Assembly: GCA_951406725.2 (NCBI GenBank)
Contig: OX597819.1
Coordinates: 9,920,001 to 9,984,000, forward strand
Source of the DNA: Octopus vulgaris
Taxonomy: Eukaryota
Reading direction: 5' to 3'
DNA length: 64,000 nt
The translations under genes and the position numbers were made by a program. This document shows positions 45,896 through 58,727 of this stretch, piece by piece. The notes below the pieces were generated by a model. It did no database searches. It saw nothing but the letters and a program-made list of their open reading frames with translations, and was not told where the DNA came from. Each line of letters opens with the position of its first letter. The stretch's first letter is position 1.

Positions 45896-48800
45896 CAGTG
45901 ACTAATCAGTTACTGATGTTGCAAAAATCTGGTAGGCTTGGTAAAAATTAGTTATTAGTGGTGGAAGGAGTATTAGTATTGAATAGCAATCTTTATATCT
46001 CACTTAATGTGGATATATATACAAAGAGAGTGATGTCAGAGCTTCAATCATAGATCTGTTTCATCAACATTGAATTGGAGTTAATGAGCTGCATAACCTC
46101 AATTCCAATGCCATTCCTTGCTTTTGGCCTGGACTACGTCCTCGTTTGACATGAAACAATCTCACTGCCATATTACCACTTATGAACCTCAACTTACTGC
46201 CATCTCGTAGAAAACAAAATTCAATAAAAGGATAACTTCACACACACATAAAAGAGCAGTTTTGTGCCCACTTCTGGACTTTATGCATACAACTACCAGT
46301 TAAAGATGACGGTCACTTGCTTTGTGTGAAGCAGCAGCTGAACCTCCCTCAAATCATGCTCTAGTCTCCAAAAGAAAAAAGAAAAGAAAAGGCAGGACAC
46401 ATCAGAAAGTGTAGTCCTAGATATGCAAAAGAGGAAATGGTTACAAAAGAAATGCCTTTGTTGGATGAGAGCTGGTCTACAACAAAGACTGTTAACTATT
46501 TAAACAATGAACTTTGTTAATGCTGAATATTTTCCCTCATATGAAACCATTCAACAGCTATGATGGTAAGAGCGTGGAGGCACAATGGCCCAGTGGTTAG
46601 GGCAGCGGACTCGCGGTCATAGGATCGCGGTTTCGATTCCCTGACCGGGCGTTGTGAGTGTTTATTGAGCGAAAACACCTAAAAGCTCCACGAGGCTCTG
46701 GCAGGGGATGGTGGTGATCCCTGCTGTACTCTTTCACCACAACTTTCTCTCACTCTTACTTCCTGTTTCTGTTGTACCTGTATTTCAAAGGGCCGGCCTT
46801 GTCACTCTCTGTGTCACGCTGAATATCCCCGAGAACTACGTTAAGGGTTACACGTGTCTGTGGAGTGCTCAGCCACTTACACGTTAATTTCACGAGCAAG
46901 CTGTTCCGTTGATTCGGATCAACCGGAACCCTCGTCGTCGTAACCGATGGAGTGCTTCCATCCATGATGGTAAGGTATGCATGATAGATCACACGGCTAA
47001 GAGTTAAAACCTTACGACAGCAATTGACTTGTACTTCCTGACAAGACACAACCCATATCAACATGAAAAATGGACAATAGGAACACAAAAAATTATCATC
47101 AGGTAATAATATTAAAAAAAGAAAAAACTTAATAAGCAGCCTTACCTGCCATGCGAGGGATATGCCTCGATGTTTTAATCAGATCTCCTGCTTTCATGTT
47201 TTGACTGGCTAAGATGTAGCGCCTACTTACACCGGTGGCTACCACTGCTATGTCAGCAGTGCGACACGGATCATAGCGTACACACTTGACTACTTCCACT
47301 AGAGGTGGACCTTCCCTTGGTCCGTCTTTTTTGAAGTCAACCATCCTGTAGTTCTGTTTGTGTCCGCCTCCAATACCATGAGTCTGAATGCGACCTAAAA
47401 TTAGATATTCATGCATGTGTGCATCAATAATAATAATAACGGTTTCAAATTTTGGCACAAGGCCAGCAACTTTGGAGCAGAGAATAAGTCTAATTGCATT
47501 GACCCCAGTACTCAACTGGTACTTATTTTATCAACCTCAAAAAGGATGAAAGGCAAGTTGACCTCAGTGGAATTTGAACTTAAAACAAAGACAGACAAAA
47601 TGCTGCTAAGCATCTTGCCCAGTGCCCTAACAATTCTGCCAACTTACCACAATCATCATCATCATCGTTTAACGTCCGTTCTCTATGCTAGCATGGGTTG
47701 GACGGTTCGACCGGGGATCTGGGAAGCCAGAAGGCTGCACCAGGCTCCAGTCCTATCTGGCAATGTTTCTACACCTTGATGCCCTTCCTAATGCCAACCA
47801 CTCCGTGAGTGTAGTGGGTGCTTTTTACGTGCCACCTGCACTGGTGCCAGGTGAGGCTGGCATCGGCCACGGTCGGATTGGTGCATTTTACATGCCACCA
47901 TTTTCCACAATAATAATAACAACAAAATTGGTCATGATATGATGAAACAAAGGCAATTCAAGTGAGATTTGAACATAGAATGTGGAGGAATAAAATGAAT
48001 ATGACCTGTTGAATGAACAATATTAATATATGAGAAAGGTTGGACTAAAATGAACTATGAAAGCAAATGGAAAGCTAAGAGAGTGATTAATGTATGCATG
48101 AGAAGCAACACTGGTGTGAGCATATAATTCAAATGGAGATGTGTTCTGAATGAAATATGCTTGTGAGATAATGATGGAGAATACTCTTGATACAGGTAGA
48201 CTTAAGAAATGACATATAATAATAATGAAATTATTGTATACAGTGCTCAGGTGCACCACAACTTGTCAGAGTATATGCAGTAATGTACAAATGTCTGGAA
48301 AGCAAACATTGTATGAGTCAGATACATGCTTGTGTGTGTGTATGGAGGGGAGGAAATCAGGTGTAGTGTTGGCGAGTCTCAGAAAGCATGGAAGTTTTGA
48401 GAAAATCAGGTGTAGTGTTGGCGAATCTCAGAAAGCATGGAAGTTTTGAGAAAATCAGGTGTAGTGTTGGCGAGTCTCAGAAAGCATGGAAGTTTTGAGA
48501 AAATCAGGTGTAGTGTTGGCGAGTCTCAGAAAGCATGGAAGTTTTGAGAAAATCAGGTGTAGTGTTGGCGAGTCTCAGAAAGCATGGAAGTTTTGAGAAA
48601 ATCAGGTGTAGTGTTGGCGAGTCTCAGAAAGCATGGAAGTTTTGAGAAAATCAGGTGTAGTGTTGGCGAGTCTCAGAAAGCATGGAAGTTTTGAGAAAAT
48701 CAGGTGTAGTGTTGGCGAGTCTCAGAAAGCATGGAAGTTTTGAGAAAATCAGGTGTAGTGTTGGCGAGTCTCAGAAAGCATGGAAGTTTTGAGAAAATCA

Positions 48801-49941
48801 GGTGTAGTGTTGGCGAGTCTCAGAAAGCATAGAAGTTTTGAGAAAATCAGGTGTAGTGTTGGCGAGTCTCAGAAAGCATGGAAGTTTTGAGAAAATCAGG
48901 TGTAGTGTTGGCGAATCTCAGAAAGCATGGAAGTTTTGAAGGATGCAGTGCTCCGACAACTAACAACTGATGCCGGCAGTTTGTTCCATGCTTCAGCAAC
49001 TCTCAGCATGAAAAAATGTTTCCTGAAGTCATGGGAGCTGTGCTGTTTTCTGACTTTGTAAATATGTCCACGGGTGTTAGATGGGTGGAGTTTGAAGTTT
49101 GAGTTTGAATATGATCATGATGTATGGAGACAAAGTAAACTACAGATCTGTGCAACTCATGTCAGCAAGAAAAAACCAAAAACAAATGAGAGTAATGATG
49201 ACCAGAAATAGTTACCATCATGTCCTCTACCACCAGACTTTTGGAGTGGAAGTGGTTTCATGGTATATTTGGTGACGTCAATGCCAGCATTAATGAATTT
49301 CTGGACACCAAAAGCCGTCTGGTTGCTATGGAAGTCATTTCTACAAAGACAAAAATGGAAAAAAAAAAGAAAAAAAAAGTTAAAACCAAAATTTCAGTTT
49401 AACGATCTTGGTTCAATATGTTGGATGGCTAAATTGCATATATTTCCCTATACAGCAATGTAAAAGATAATTAGTGTGGTTGCTTTTCTCATTAATATTA
49501 TTGGTTAAACTAAGGTGACAAGCTGGCAGAATTTCTTATAAAGAAATAATCTTCTTCAGGGGTTTAATGTATGGAAGCCATTGAAATAAAGCACTTTACA
49601 TGAAAACAAACAATGACTGACAGTGATTGATGTAGAATAATGCCTCAAGCAGTCTCATCAAACCTATGTGCACAATGAAAGAGCAGACACATAAAACGAT
49701 GATGATGTACACATAAAACGATGATGATGATGTACTTTTAACTAAATGAAATCAAGCGGGAAAAAAACTGACATTTAAAGCCTAACTCAATTTTCTATAC
49801 TTGAATGAGATTTGCAAGTTTAAATGAAATCAAGTATTCTGCAACTCACTTTTGAAAGAGGAAACACTGAGCAGATTTGGCAAGATTCAACAATGGTCTT
49901 TCAAAATGTAAGGACCGGCGAAGCAGTGCTGAAACAACCAT
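44011..49941 (-). CDS. MRPL2: 39S mitochondrial ribosomal protein L2 (uL2m); 4 coding exons, 879 nt, 292 aa
   Basis: Minus-strand exons 49941-49850, 49340-49216, 47394-47146, 44423-44011 have GT-AG borders and matching phases. N-terminus [13 protein letters not shown] resembles a mitochondrial presequence; uL2 motifs [38 protein letters not shown] and RWLGIRP are present. Confidence 0.95.
44929..45005 (-). ncRNA. Type I hammerhead-like motif with canonical CUGACGA/GAAA core, probably inactive (U16.1->C)
   Basis: tccc-CTGACGA-aggaggtattat...ataatacacccct-GAAA-TGGCCA-CA-ggga, in (AT)n-flanked Penelope-like remnant. Confidence 0.6.
46576..46960 (+). mobile_element. SINE family C with TSD ATGATGGTAAG
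   Basis: Direct repeat on both flanks. Confidence 0.88.
47146..47394 (-). CDS. MRPL2: MRPL2 coding exon 3 ([13 protein letters not shown]...IPRMA)
   Basis: ttttag acceptor and gtaagg donor on minus strand. Confidence 0.95.
48215..49095 (-). mobile_element. CR1-like LINE 3' end containing a tandem amplification
   Basis: Homologous to 54955-55380; (TAT)n tail. Confidence 0.75.
48354..48939. repeat. Minisatellite, 12 x 49 bp (AAATCAGGTGTAGTGTTGGCGAGTCTCAGAAAGCATGGAAGTTTTGAGA)
   Basis: Unit starts at 48354, 48403, 48452 ... 48893; I see three substitutions. Confidence 0.95.
49216..49340 (-). CDS. MRPL2: MRPL2 coding exon 2 ([10 protein letters not shown]...[18 protein letters not shown])
   Basis: Long polypyrimidine tract plus tgtag acceptor, gtaact donor. 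Confidence 0.9.
49850..49941 (-). CDS. MRPL2: MRPL2 coding exon 1 ([30 protein letters not shown])
   Basis: Acceptor ttttcag 7 nt before AAAATGG; gtgagt donor; phase 2 matches the next exon. Confidence 0.85.
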
Positions 49942-50057
49942 TTTCAAACTGAAAACAGAAAATGAAACAAAACCAAAAGAGTATTACAAAAACTGGTTTA
50001 AAAACAGTAAATTTCTAGGTTTAGTTAGATATCAAAGAATAAAAAGAAAAGAAATGC

Positions 50058-50432
50058 ACAAAAAGCACCATCCGAACGTGGCCGATGCCAGCGCCGCCTC
50101 AACTGGCTTCTATGCCGGTGACACATAAAAAGCAGCATCCGAACGTGGCCGATGCCAGCGCCGCCTTGACTGGCTTCCATGCCGATGGCACATTTAAAGC
50201 ACCAACCGATCGTGGCCGATGCCAGACCCCCCTGGCACCTGTGCAGGTGGCACGTAAAAAGCACCCACTACACTCGCAGAGTGGTTGGCATTAGGAAGGG
50301 CATCCAGCCGTAGAAACACTGCCAGATCAGATTGGAGCCTGGTGCAGCCTCCTGGCTTCCCAGACCCCGGTCGAACCGTCCAACCCGTGCTAGCATGGAA
50401 AGCGGACGTTAAACAATGACGATGATGATGAC
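50058..50432 (+). mobile_element. RTE LINE 3' UTR fragment with array
   Basis: Same family; other copies at 47652-47900(-) and 59950-60186(-). Confidence 0.8.
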
Positions 50433-50939
50433 TGTTTGGTTGATCATACACAGGACAACTAGATTATCAGTACATCTTTGTAAAACTACCTGACCCAGGT
50501 AATATTTGTCAGGCTGCTAGCTAACCAGTTTGCAGTTCATATCCCAACATGGTGCACAGTAAATAACACACTTTTTTGGCTTCACTCACTTAACTATAAT
50601 CAGGCTGTTGATTAGTTTTGGGTCAGTCTTAATTAAATCTTTCATATGATCACAGGCATTCTAGTTATGACCACATCAACATATTTTCAAGCAGTCTGCA
50701 TCAGACTACATTTTCTAATGTGCCTTTTTTAAAGGAAATAGGATCTTGCTGTTTCCTAGCAGGTTGAGAATCTATTAGAGAGGATTTACACAGGTTCATT
50801 ATAATCAAGATAGTGTTGTTGTTTATCCCAGGTGAACCCTGATTGAGCAAACCTATGACCAAAGCTATTTTTAACATGACTATCCTGTCTTTTAAGGGGT
50901 AATTAGGATTAGATTGCCAAGATATCTTTTCACTTCCCA

Positions 50940-51930
50940 AGATGGAAGCTCTCTCAATTGGCTTGCTCTAATGAAGTTCTAAAAGATTCGTACAGCCCTC
51001 AGCTGTAGGGAGATAAAGCCAATGGCATAGTTAAAGTTGTACCAAATGGTACAGTTTTGCTATATCTGCAACACTAAATCAAGAAGAAAGATCAGTTGCA
51101 TTCCATTCTTGCACACAAGGTAGCGAACAGTACCATTCCTCTGTTGAAAAGGAAGCCTGAGTAATTGTTGAATCAATTCATCGTTGGAAACACTTTCTTC
51201 TTAGTAGACATTTCATATTAATTACTGATCAATGTTCTGTTGCATTCATGTATAATTATAAAGTGACAAACAAAATTAAAAATGATAAAACCATGACATG
51301 GTGCATTGAGTTATCCCCATACGCATATGATATTCACTATCGCCCAGGATCCTGTAACATCACACCAGATACATTCACTGGGGTACGCTGTTCAGCAATC
51401 AGTTCACATTCACTTTATGAGTTTCATGCAGTGCTGTGCCATCCTGGTGTAATATGCCTTCATCATTTCATCCATGCTAGCAATCTTCCATATTAGTTGG
51501 AGAACATGAAACAAATTTGTAGGAATTGTTCTATACGCCAAGAAGTGAAGCCACAATATTATAAACCAAACTTAGTTAATTAAGGCCATGCAACCTTTTG
51601 AGTAAATTTCAATCGATTTCAAAAGCCCGATTCCTTCCACAAAGCATCTTATCTTCAAACAGCGTTGACAAATACTCTCGGTTTCCAGTGTCTGACACAT
51701 CAGCTCAAACTGTTATGAGATGTTTTACAGACTTGTTTTTAGTTTTTGGTATGCCCAGTTATGTACATTCCAATCGTAGAACTGCCTTTATTGAGAGAAT
51801 GGCTCCTTAGTAAGGGCATTGCAACAAGTAGGACAACACCGTATAATCCCACTGGAAACACTCAAATAGAAAGCTATAACGGTACTATTTGGAAATCAGT
51901 ACTACTCTCTTTGAAAACTCAGAAAGAGAG
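50940..51930 (+). mobile_element. Decayed Gypsy-like pol fragment (RNase H plus integrase)
   Basis: VEKEA.., F.LITDQ, YDIHYRPG, LCHPG, FGMPSYVHS, TSRTTPYNPTGN.QIESYN; stops and frameshifts. Confidence 0.8.
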
Positions 51931-53427
51931 AGTGGCCATTTTGAATAACGCACGTTTAATCGAGAATAATCGAGAATATTGTGGATAGCACTATATGACA
52001 GTTTACTGTTTTGGACTATGATTGGAAATTAGTTTCTTTGAACCAGGAATTACTGGTCATTCATAAAACTTAGGCAAGAGCCTTGCAAGCAAAGTATGAA
52101 GACAAAAACTGTATGGGAGCCCATCATGTGTGTGTGTGTGTGTGTGGTAAGAAGCTTGTTTCCCAACCACATAGCTCAGCTCCAGGTTCAGTTCCATTGT
52201 GGCAGCTTGGGCAAGTGTGTCTTCTACTATAGTCTTGGACCAACCAAAGCTTTGTGAGTGGATTTGGTAGAAGGAAACTGAATGAAGCTCATTGTGCATA
52301 TGTGTGTCTGTATACAGTAACCTCCTGGTTAAGTACTTGTCCCAGAAAAAGTATGTGCAGAATCTTGAAGAAACCCCAGTTCAGGTTTATGTCCTGCAGA
52401 GTCAACTGACTCCGATTTTTATGTTTATTTGCACTTCCCTGCCAATGTCACTTGCCTTTGCTTCTTCTGAAAGCAATTGAAGTAGTTTTTCAGGTCATTG
52501 TAACCAGCCCATGCTGCAGCCTTTGAAGCTGACGGTAAATTATGGCAGTATACCATGATGCCATTCACACAAAATGAGAAGAATATCTCCTCCTCATTTT
52601 ATAACTCTCCCGTCTTTTTCTTACCATTTCACCATCGTCACATCAACAGAGACATTAGGGCTGCACAGTAGCAGTCGACAAGGCATGTATAACGATTAAA
52701 TAAAAAAAAATTTGTCTATATCTTCGATCACTGTCATTATTCCATTGAGTCAACCTCATTATTTTCTACATAGCAGACCGTTACATAAACAGGCAAAGGT
52801 AATCTTTCGTTTTAACTCGAAATAATGTAAACACTGAATCGGCCATACATACATACATACACACACACACACATATAGATACATACATACATACATACAT
52901 ATACACATACACGGAGTAAAAAATTTCAGTTATCTCTTTCTTTCACACATTACTCTCTCTGTCTCTTCGCACACACTAACAGAAGTACTTCACTTACACA
53001 ACATACTGTCTGTCTCCCACACCCCATCAAACACACACACACACACATGTACATCAATGCTTCCCATGCACGGTAACTTCAAAAGAACTTCCCTCGTCAT
53101 ACAATCGCTTTCTCTTAGTCTCTTTCGCTCTCATTTACTTCAAAAGTTCCCGCAAGCCCATACGTAAAAAAAAAAAATGTTTTTTTACGGAAATCGACGG
53201 AAAGGTCGACTAGAGACGAAAGATCGCCGAGGAGGTATCGCCGAGGATGTGCCCCAAAACACAGAATAAATTTGTATAATGACACATAAAAGTTTTAGAA
53301 ATATTTATATATGAATCAATGAACTATATGTTTGGTTAACATTAACCATATATGTTCTATTATTGAATTAAAAACATACAGAATGTGCCATCATTTAAAA
53401 TGGTAAATAAATAAATAGAAAGTTTAC

Positions 53428-53520
53428 CTGAAAGATTACATCTGCCCTCAAAGACAAATTAAAGTCACTTGTAGTAACGGTGTAAATAATAAACTGTATG
53501 CCATTATAGAATTTCCGGAT
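53428..53520 (-). promoter_or_regulatory. Candidate MRPL2 promoter / non-coding first exon
   Basis: Non-repetitive stretch with ETS-type CCGGAAAT (53518-53511), YY1-like TAATGGC, and CAG|gtaaac donor at 53428/53427. The ATG exon has its own acceptor, so an upstream exon is expected. Confidence 0.45.
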
Positions 53521-54954
53521 TGAATGCTATTCTTGCGATATATTACCTCCCTTTACGTTAAAATCCTGCCGAGGTTGACTTTGCCTTTCATCTTTAGGCG
53601 GTTCACAAACCAAATACCAGCCAAGTACTGAAAGCAATAAAATTTACTATTCTTTTCCCGCAAACGTTTGTGACTGTATGTCTATGTTAGAAACTATTAT
53701 CATTTATAATGTACGTTTTCAAGCTTGTTTCTTCATAGTCGTTTTATATAAACCTCCACACCATTTTTCCACTTTGTCCTCGTAACGGCCTTTCATTCAG
53801 TGCCCTCGGGGCACATAAAAACGATTATTATTATTATGACAGTGAACTGGCTGAATTGTCAGTGCATTGGCAAAATTCTTTGCAGTGTTTTCTCTGCGTT
53901 CAAATTCTTCTAAGGTTCTCTTTGTTCTCATCCTTCGGGAGTTGATAAAAGAAGTACCATTCAAGGTTAATATAACTGACTTAGCCACTCCCTCTCAAAA
54001 TTGCTGGCCTTGTGCCAAAATTACGAAAAATTATTTGTATTGTTATGGCCATGGTTGAGGCAGCAGACTGGCACACCCGGCAAAATGCTTTGCAGTATTT
54101 TGTCCATCCTTGCATTTTAACCTAAAATTCCACTGAGGTCGACTTTGCTTTCATCTTTTCAAGGTCAATGAAATAATTACCTATTTCTTTATTACCCACA
54201 AGGGGCTAAACACAGAGGGGAGAAACAAGGACAGACATAGGTATTAAGTCGATTACATCGACCCCAGTGCGTAACTGGTACTTAATTTATCGACCCCGAA
54301 AGAATGAAAGGCAAAGTTGACCTCGGCGGAATTTGAACTCACAACGTAACGGCAGACGAAATACCACTAAGCATTTCGCCGGCTTAGCGGTATTTCGTCT
54401 GCCATTACGTTGCGAGTTCAAATTCCGCCAAGGTCGACTTTGCCTTTTGGGGGAGGGGCTGGTTGATTACATTGACCCTAGTTACGCACTAAGGTCAATG
54501 TAATCAACCAGCCCCCTCCCCCAAAATTTCAGGCCTTGTGCATAGTAGAAAGGATTATTATGGCTGTGGTGAATAAACTTTCTATTTTCTTCCTCCAAAA
54601 AATATAGCTGTTCTGAGCAGGGAGTCTAAATGTACGTTGTCTTAGGTCAGCTTTAAAACAAAGTCACTTGCTCAATGATGTCAGGTTGCTAAACATAGAT
54701 GTGGTTACTCTGGAGCGCAAGCACTCATGCCCATTTTTGATGACAACGAGATACTTTCATCGCTTAATCTGTTAAGATCAGGCGGTGGGATAGCAAGTTG
54801 TCTTTCTGAATCTGGATTGTAAGACGGTGGCCATGGACATGAACTGCAGCAAGGGTGATATCTTCAGAATAGTGGCCATCTATACTCACACAGAAAAAGG
54901 ACAGCCCAATTTCCCCATATATCAAGGAGCTTTTATGAAGATGTTCTGATCTCA

Positions 54955-55385
54955 ACTATTAATAATAATATAATAATGAAATTATTGTATACGGTGCTCA
55001 GGTGCACCACAACCTGTCAGAAAGTGCATATAAAGTACATGCAGTAATGTAAAAATGTCTAAGTTTTGAAGGATGCAGTGCTCCGACAGTTAGTTCCATG
55101 CTTCAGCAACTCTCAGAGTGAAAAAATGTTTCCTGAAGTCATGGGAGCTGTGCTGTTTTCTTACTTTGTAAATATGTCCACGGGTGTTAGACGGGTGGAG
55201 TTTGAAAAGGTGCTCAGAGTTATTGTTTGTAAGATGGTTAATAATTTTATGGGTGTCTACCAAGTCAGCTGCCAGACGTCGGAGTTTCAATGTGTCCATG
55301 CCCAGGGAAGTAAGGCGTTCAGGATATGGCAAATGCCTGATGAAGGACTGGAACTGTATTTTAAATATACAACAGGACTCATGGG
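54955..55385 (-). mobile_element. CR1-like LINE 3' end
   Basis: ORF 55090..55389: [37 protein letters not shown]. Confidence 0.8.
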
Positions 55386-55514
55386 TCAAGCATATAATAG
55401 GATGGGGTGCAAAAGCCTCAAAAATCTGCCCAGAAGTTTCCAGGTGGCTGACAGATACTGATTAGATTTCCCAGATGTGCCAGTGTGGACATGGAGCAAC
55501 ATCAGTCAGTTATC

Positions 55515-55988
55515 CAGATTGTATCTTGAGTGTTAGCCATATGAAAGATGGCAGAATCCCCAAAGACATACTCTACGGAGAGCTTGCTAGGGGCACTAGG
55601 TCTGTGGGAAGACCGTTCTTACGTTACAAGGATGTTTGCAAAAGGGACATGAAGGCCTGCAACATCAATATTAGCGGTTGGGAGGCAGTTGCCGGCAACC
55701 GTGGAGATTGGCAACGTATTGTAAAAGAGGGAATACAAAGGAGTGACAGAGAGAGAGAGGAGAAATGGAAAGACAAGAAAAGACATCAACAAGAAACTAT
55801 GGCATTACAACCAGCCAGGAACAGTCTTCGCTACATTTGCAGTACCTGCCAGAGGGGGTGTTTGTCCAGGATAGGACTACACAGCCACAGCAGGAAATGT
55901 ATCAGGACATGAAATGTAAAAGCCGGACTAGACTACTTTATGCGCTACTCCATTGTCTCCCGAGACAAAAAGGATGCCAACAACAATC
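55515..55988 (+). mobile_element. RTE/BovB-like LINE 3' end
   Basis: MKDGRIPKDILYGEL..GRPFLRYKDVCKRDMK, C-terminal CxxC..HxxxC, (CAA)n tail. Confidence 0.8.
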
Positions 55989-55989
55989 T

Positions 55990-57267
55990 AGAGTGTTGTT
56001 TGGCCAGTGAATAAGGATAGTGAAAGATACCCACAGTTTAATTGTCAAAGTAAATGGTCACCCCCTGGAATTATTCATATCACACACTCAGTCCAACAGG
56101 GCTTTCCCTTCTCACTTTTTCTGTACATACTGGCATTTGGACCACTACTACAGAAGATGAAACATTTGAAGGACATCGCTTTCAACAAAGATCCAGGAGG
56201 GTTATGGTAACATTGCAGAAGACATCATTATCATTGTGTTAGATGCTATTGAAATGCAAGTGGCTGGCACCATTCTAAATGAATATGGCAGTAGCAAAGG
56301 TTACGATCAACCCAGCCAAGTTGGTGGGTTTGCAACTCAGCAATTAAAGAGGCAAGCCCACGCTGTCAAGCAGCATCATGGGATGCTGGACTAACAGACT
56401 GGTTAAACTGCTTGGGGTCTAGTTCAGTTCCAATCTCCAGATGGAATTGAACTAAGACAAGGTAACAAGCAGTCTCACTCAGTAATAAGCCAGAGGAAAT
56501 TGATCCTGAAAGGTCAATCACAGGTGGAGAATGTCAGCCTTGTCCCCAGTATTGTTTATCACCTGACCATTGTGCTTTGCCTCAGTTGCTACTAAATTAG
56601 ACTGGGGTGACTGTTACTCAGCTTCTTGTGGAAAGAAAAGGTTCTACTGATCAGGCAGCCTATCTGCTGCCAGCCCATCTCCCTAAAGCAGGCTGCTGAA
56701 CATCTAGTCACCCTTCATGAGATACATCTTCATAGAGCTGCAGTCCTCAGTGAAGCAAAAACTGAGACTGGCTACCTGGAATCTAAAATGTCGTTAAATG
56801 CCCACCACCCTCCACCACTCAGGCAATGGATTTGGTGAATGTTAACACTCAAGCAATTTACAGTGGATTAGTGGCAGGGAAATGTGACAATGTTCTCAGG
56901 GAAACTCTTGATATTGGTGTAAGCTAACTGGTGAGGCTGTTCCAGAGAAGCTTCAGATCAGAGACCATCTTAGGTAATCTCCAGAAATCTTTAACCAGAC
57001 AGTGCTTACCAAGGAGTTGAATCAGTTCGAGATAAACTGTACTGGCACAGAAGTGCCATTAGATTGATCTGTCCCACAAAATGTGTAGAGAGTGACAAAA
57101 CAATAGGCGTAGGAGTGGCTGTGTGGTAAGTAGCTTGTTTACCAACCACATAGTTCCGGGTTCAGTCCCACTGCGTGGCATCTTGGGCAAGTGTCTTCTG
57201 CTATAGCCCCGGGCCGACCAATGCCTTGTGAGTGGATTTGGTAGACAGAAACTGAAAGAAGCCTGTC

Positions 57268-57318
<51 letters not shown>

Positions 57319-57985
57319 TAATACTAAGCAATTAAGGGTTTAGCAACGAATTGCCTCACCACACACCGAATTTAGAAATAGCAGTCAAAGAGTTATAGCT
57401 ATTCTTTCTACTAAAAGGGAGATCTGTTTGTGTGTCTGTGTTTGTCTCCCTAGCATTGCTTGACAACCGATGCTGGTGTGTTTACGTCCCCGTCACTTAG
57501 CGGTTCGGCAAAAGAGACCGATAGAATAAGTACTGGGCTTACAAAGAATAAGTCCCGGGGTCGATTTGCTCGACTAAAGGCGGTGCTCCAGCATGGCCGC
57601 AGTCAAATGACTGAAACAAGTAAAAGAGTAAAAAGAAAGTAAAACTGTTTTGCATTCACTTGTTCAATGCTGATTTGTGGGGATACATGAAACAGGTGCT
57701 GTTACTCGCAGGAGAGATTTGGTTATCAACCAAGTCCATTGTGGTTATTACTGTGCCACATTCCCTTAAGTGGGCAGAGAAGGCAGTTTTCTTCTGTTTA
57801 GTGGCTATAGCAAAATATATTGTGTAGTGGACAAGTTTGAAAAGTATGAGTATAGAGACTTTCCCATTTGGTAGGGGTCTCATCTACTTCTTCAAGTTTC
57901 TCTGAAAAATGGATGAGAGTGGTAAAAATGGTAAGAGTGGATGGAACTGCTCAAAATATAAACCTGTAAGCTGGAGAATGATAGT

Positions 57986-58017
<32 letters not shown>

Positions 58018-58260
58018 ATTTGCCTTTGGTGTTCAAGGTAATTTTGGTTCTTTGTGGCTCCGTCATTGGCCTAAAATGGGGTGGGGTGGGGTGGGGTGGG
58101 TCCTGTTCCAGGAGGACTGCATCAGCTCTTATTTGTATACCATGTGAACTTGTATTTCATATTTTTTTCTCTCAGTCGATTTTTTTCTATGTAAGTTTAT
58201 ATTTCTGTAATTATCAGCCTCTTCTATAGTGACAAATATGTTATTATAATTACTAGTGAC
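55990..58260 (+). mobile_element. Highly decayed L1/Tx1-like LINE ORF2 remnant
   Basis: SVQQGFPFSLFLYILAFGPLLQK resembles the L1/Tx1 RT motif QGCPLSPLL; ends with AATAAA and an AT-rich tail; boundaries approximate. Confidence 0.45.
57105..57638 (+). mobile_element. SINE family A with about 110-bp foreign insert after its (AT)n tract
   Basis: Both halves recognisable. Confidence 0.8.
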
Positions 58261-58727
58261 AAATAAATTAATTATTATAATTACTATTTAAATTTTTATT
58301 AGTATGAAAGGGTTTTCTTTGGAAGCATCAAGCAGGTTTCTACTGCACCACCTGGTACAGCTCCATCTTCCTGAGTGTTCTTCCTATTTCTATTTTTGTG
58401 TGGATTGGAGGAGTGTAAAGTTCTGTTTTTTATTGAATGTTTAACTATTTTCTGTTGAGATGTTATCTGAATTTATTGTTTCTGTTTTGTATGTTATAGC
58501 TTCCTTGTGTGTAGAGAACAGTCTTTAGGGTAGAATCAAGCATTAGCCTGGTTCGTTTGTTTAGTGTTGTGCTGCATGTATGTGTATGGGACAAACAATG
58601 TGCAGACAAAGTTATGTGTAACAAATTTTATATCATCATCTTTTATAAAGGTGCGTGTGAAATAATATAGAAGGTGTCCAAACTGTTTGTTCAATCATTA
58701 GTGAATTTAGTTAGTTGGTGTGGCTAG

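Noticed and set aside
48354-48939. CRISPR-like array
   Set aside because: Head-to-tail identical units with no unique spacers, derived from a LINE; eukaryotic intron; no cas genes.
49258-49338. Alternative-frame ATG in MRPL2 exon 2 giving presequence-like [16 protein letters not shown]
   Set aside because: Out of frame with uL2, and a proper in-phase ATG exon exists at 49941-49850; likely coincidence.
52625-52686. Possible MRPL2 first coding exon (ATG...TG|gtaag)
   Set aside because: Splicing to the exon at 49340 creates TGA; a better exon was found at 49941.
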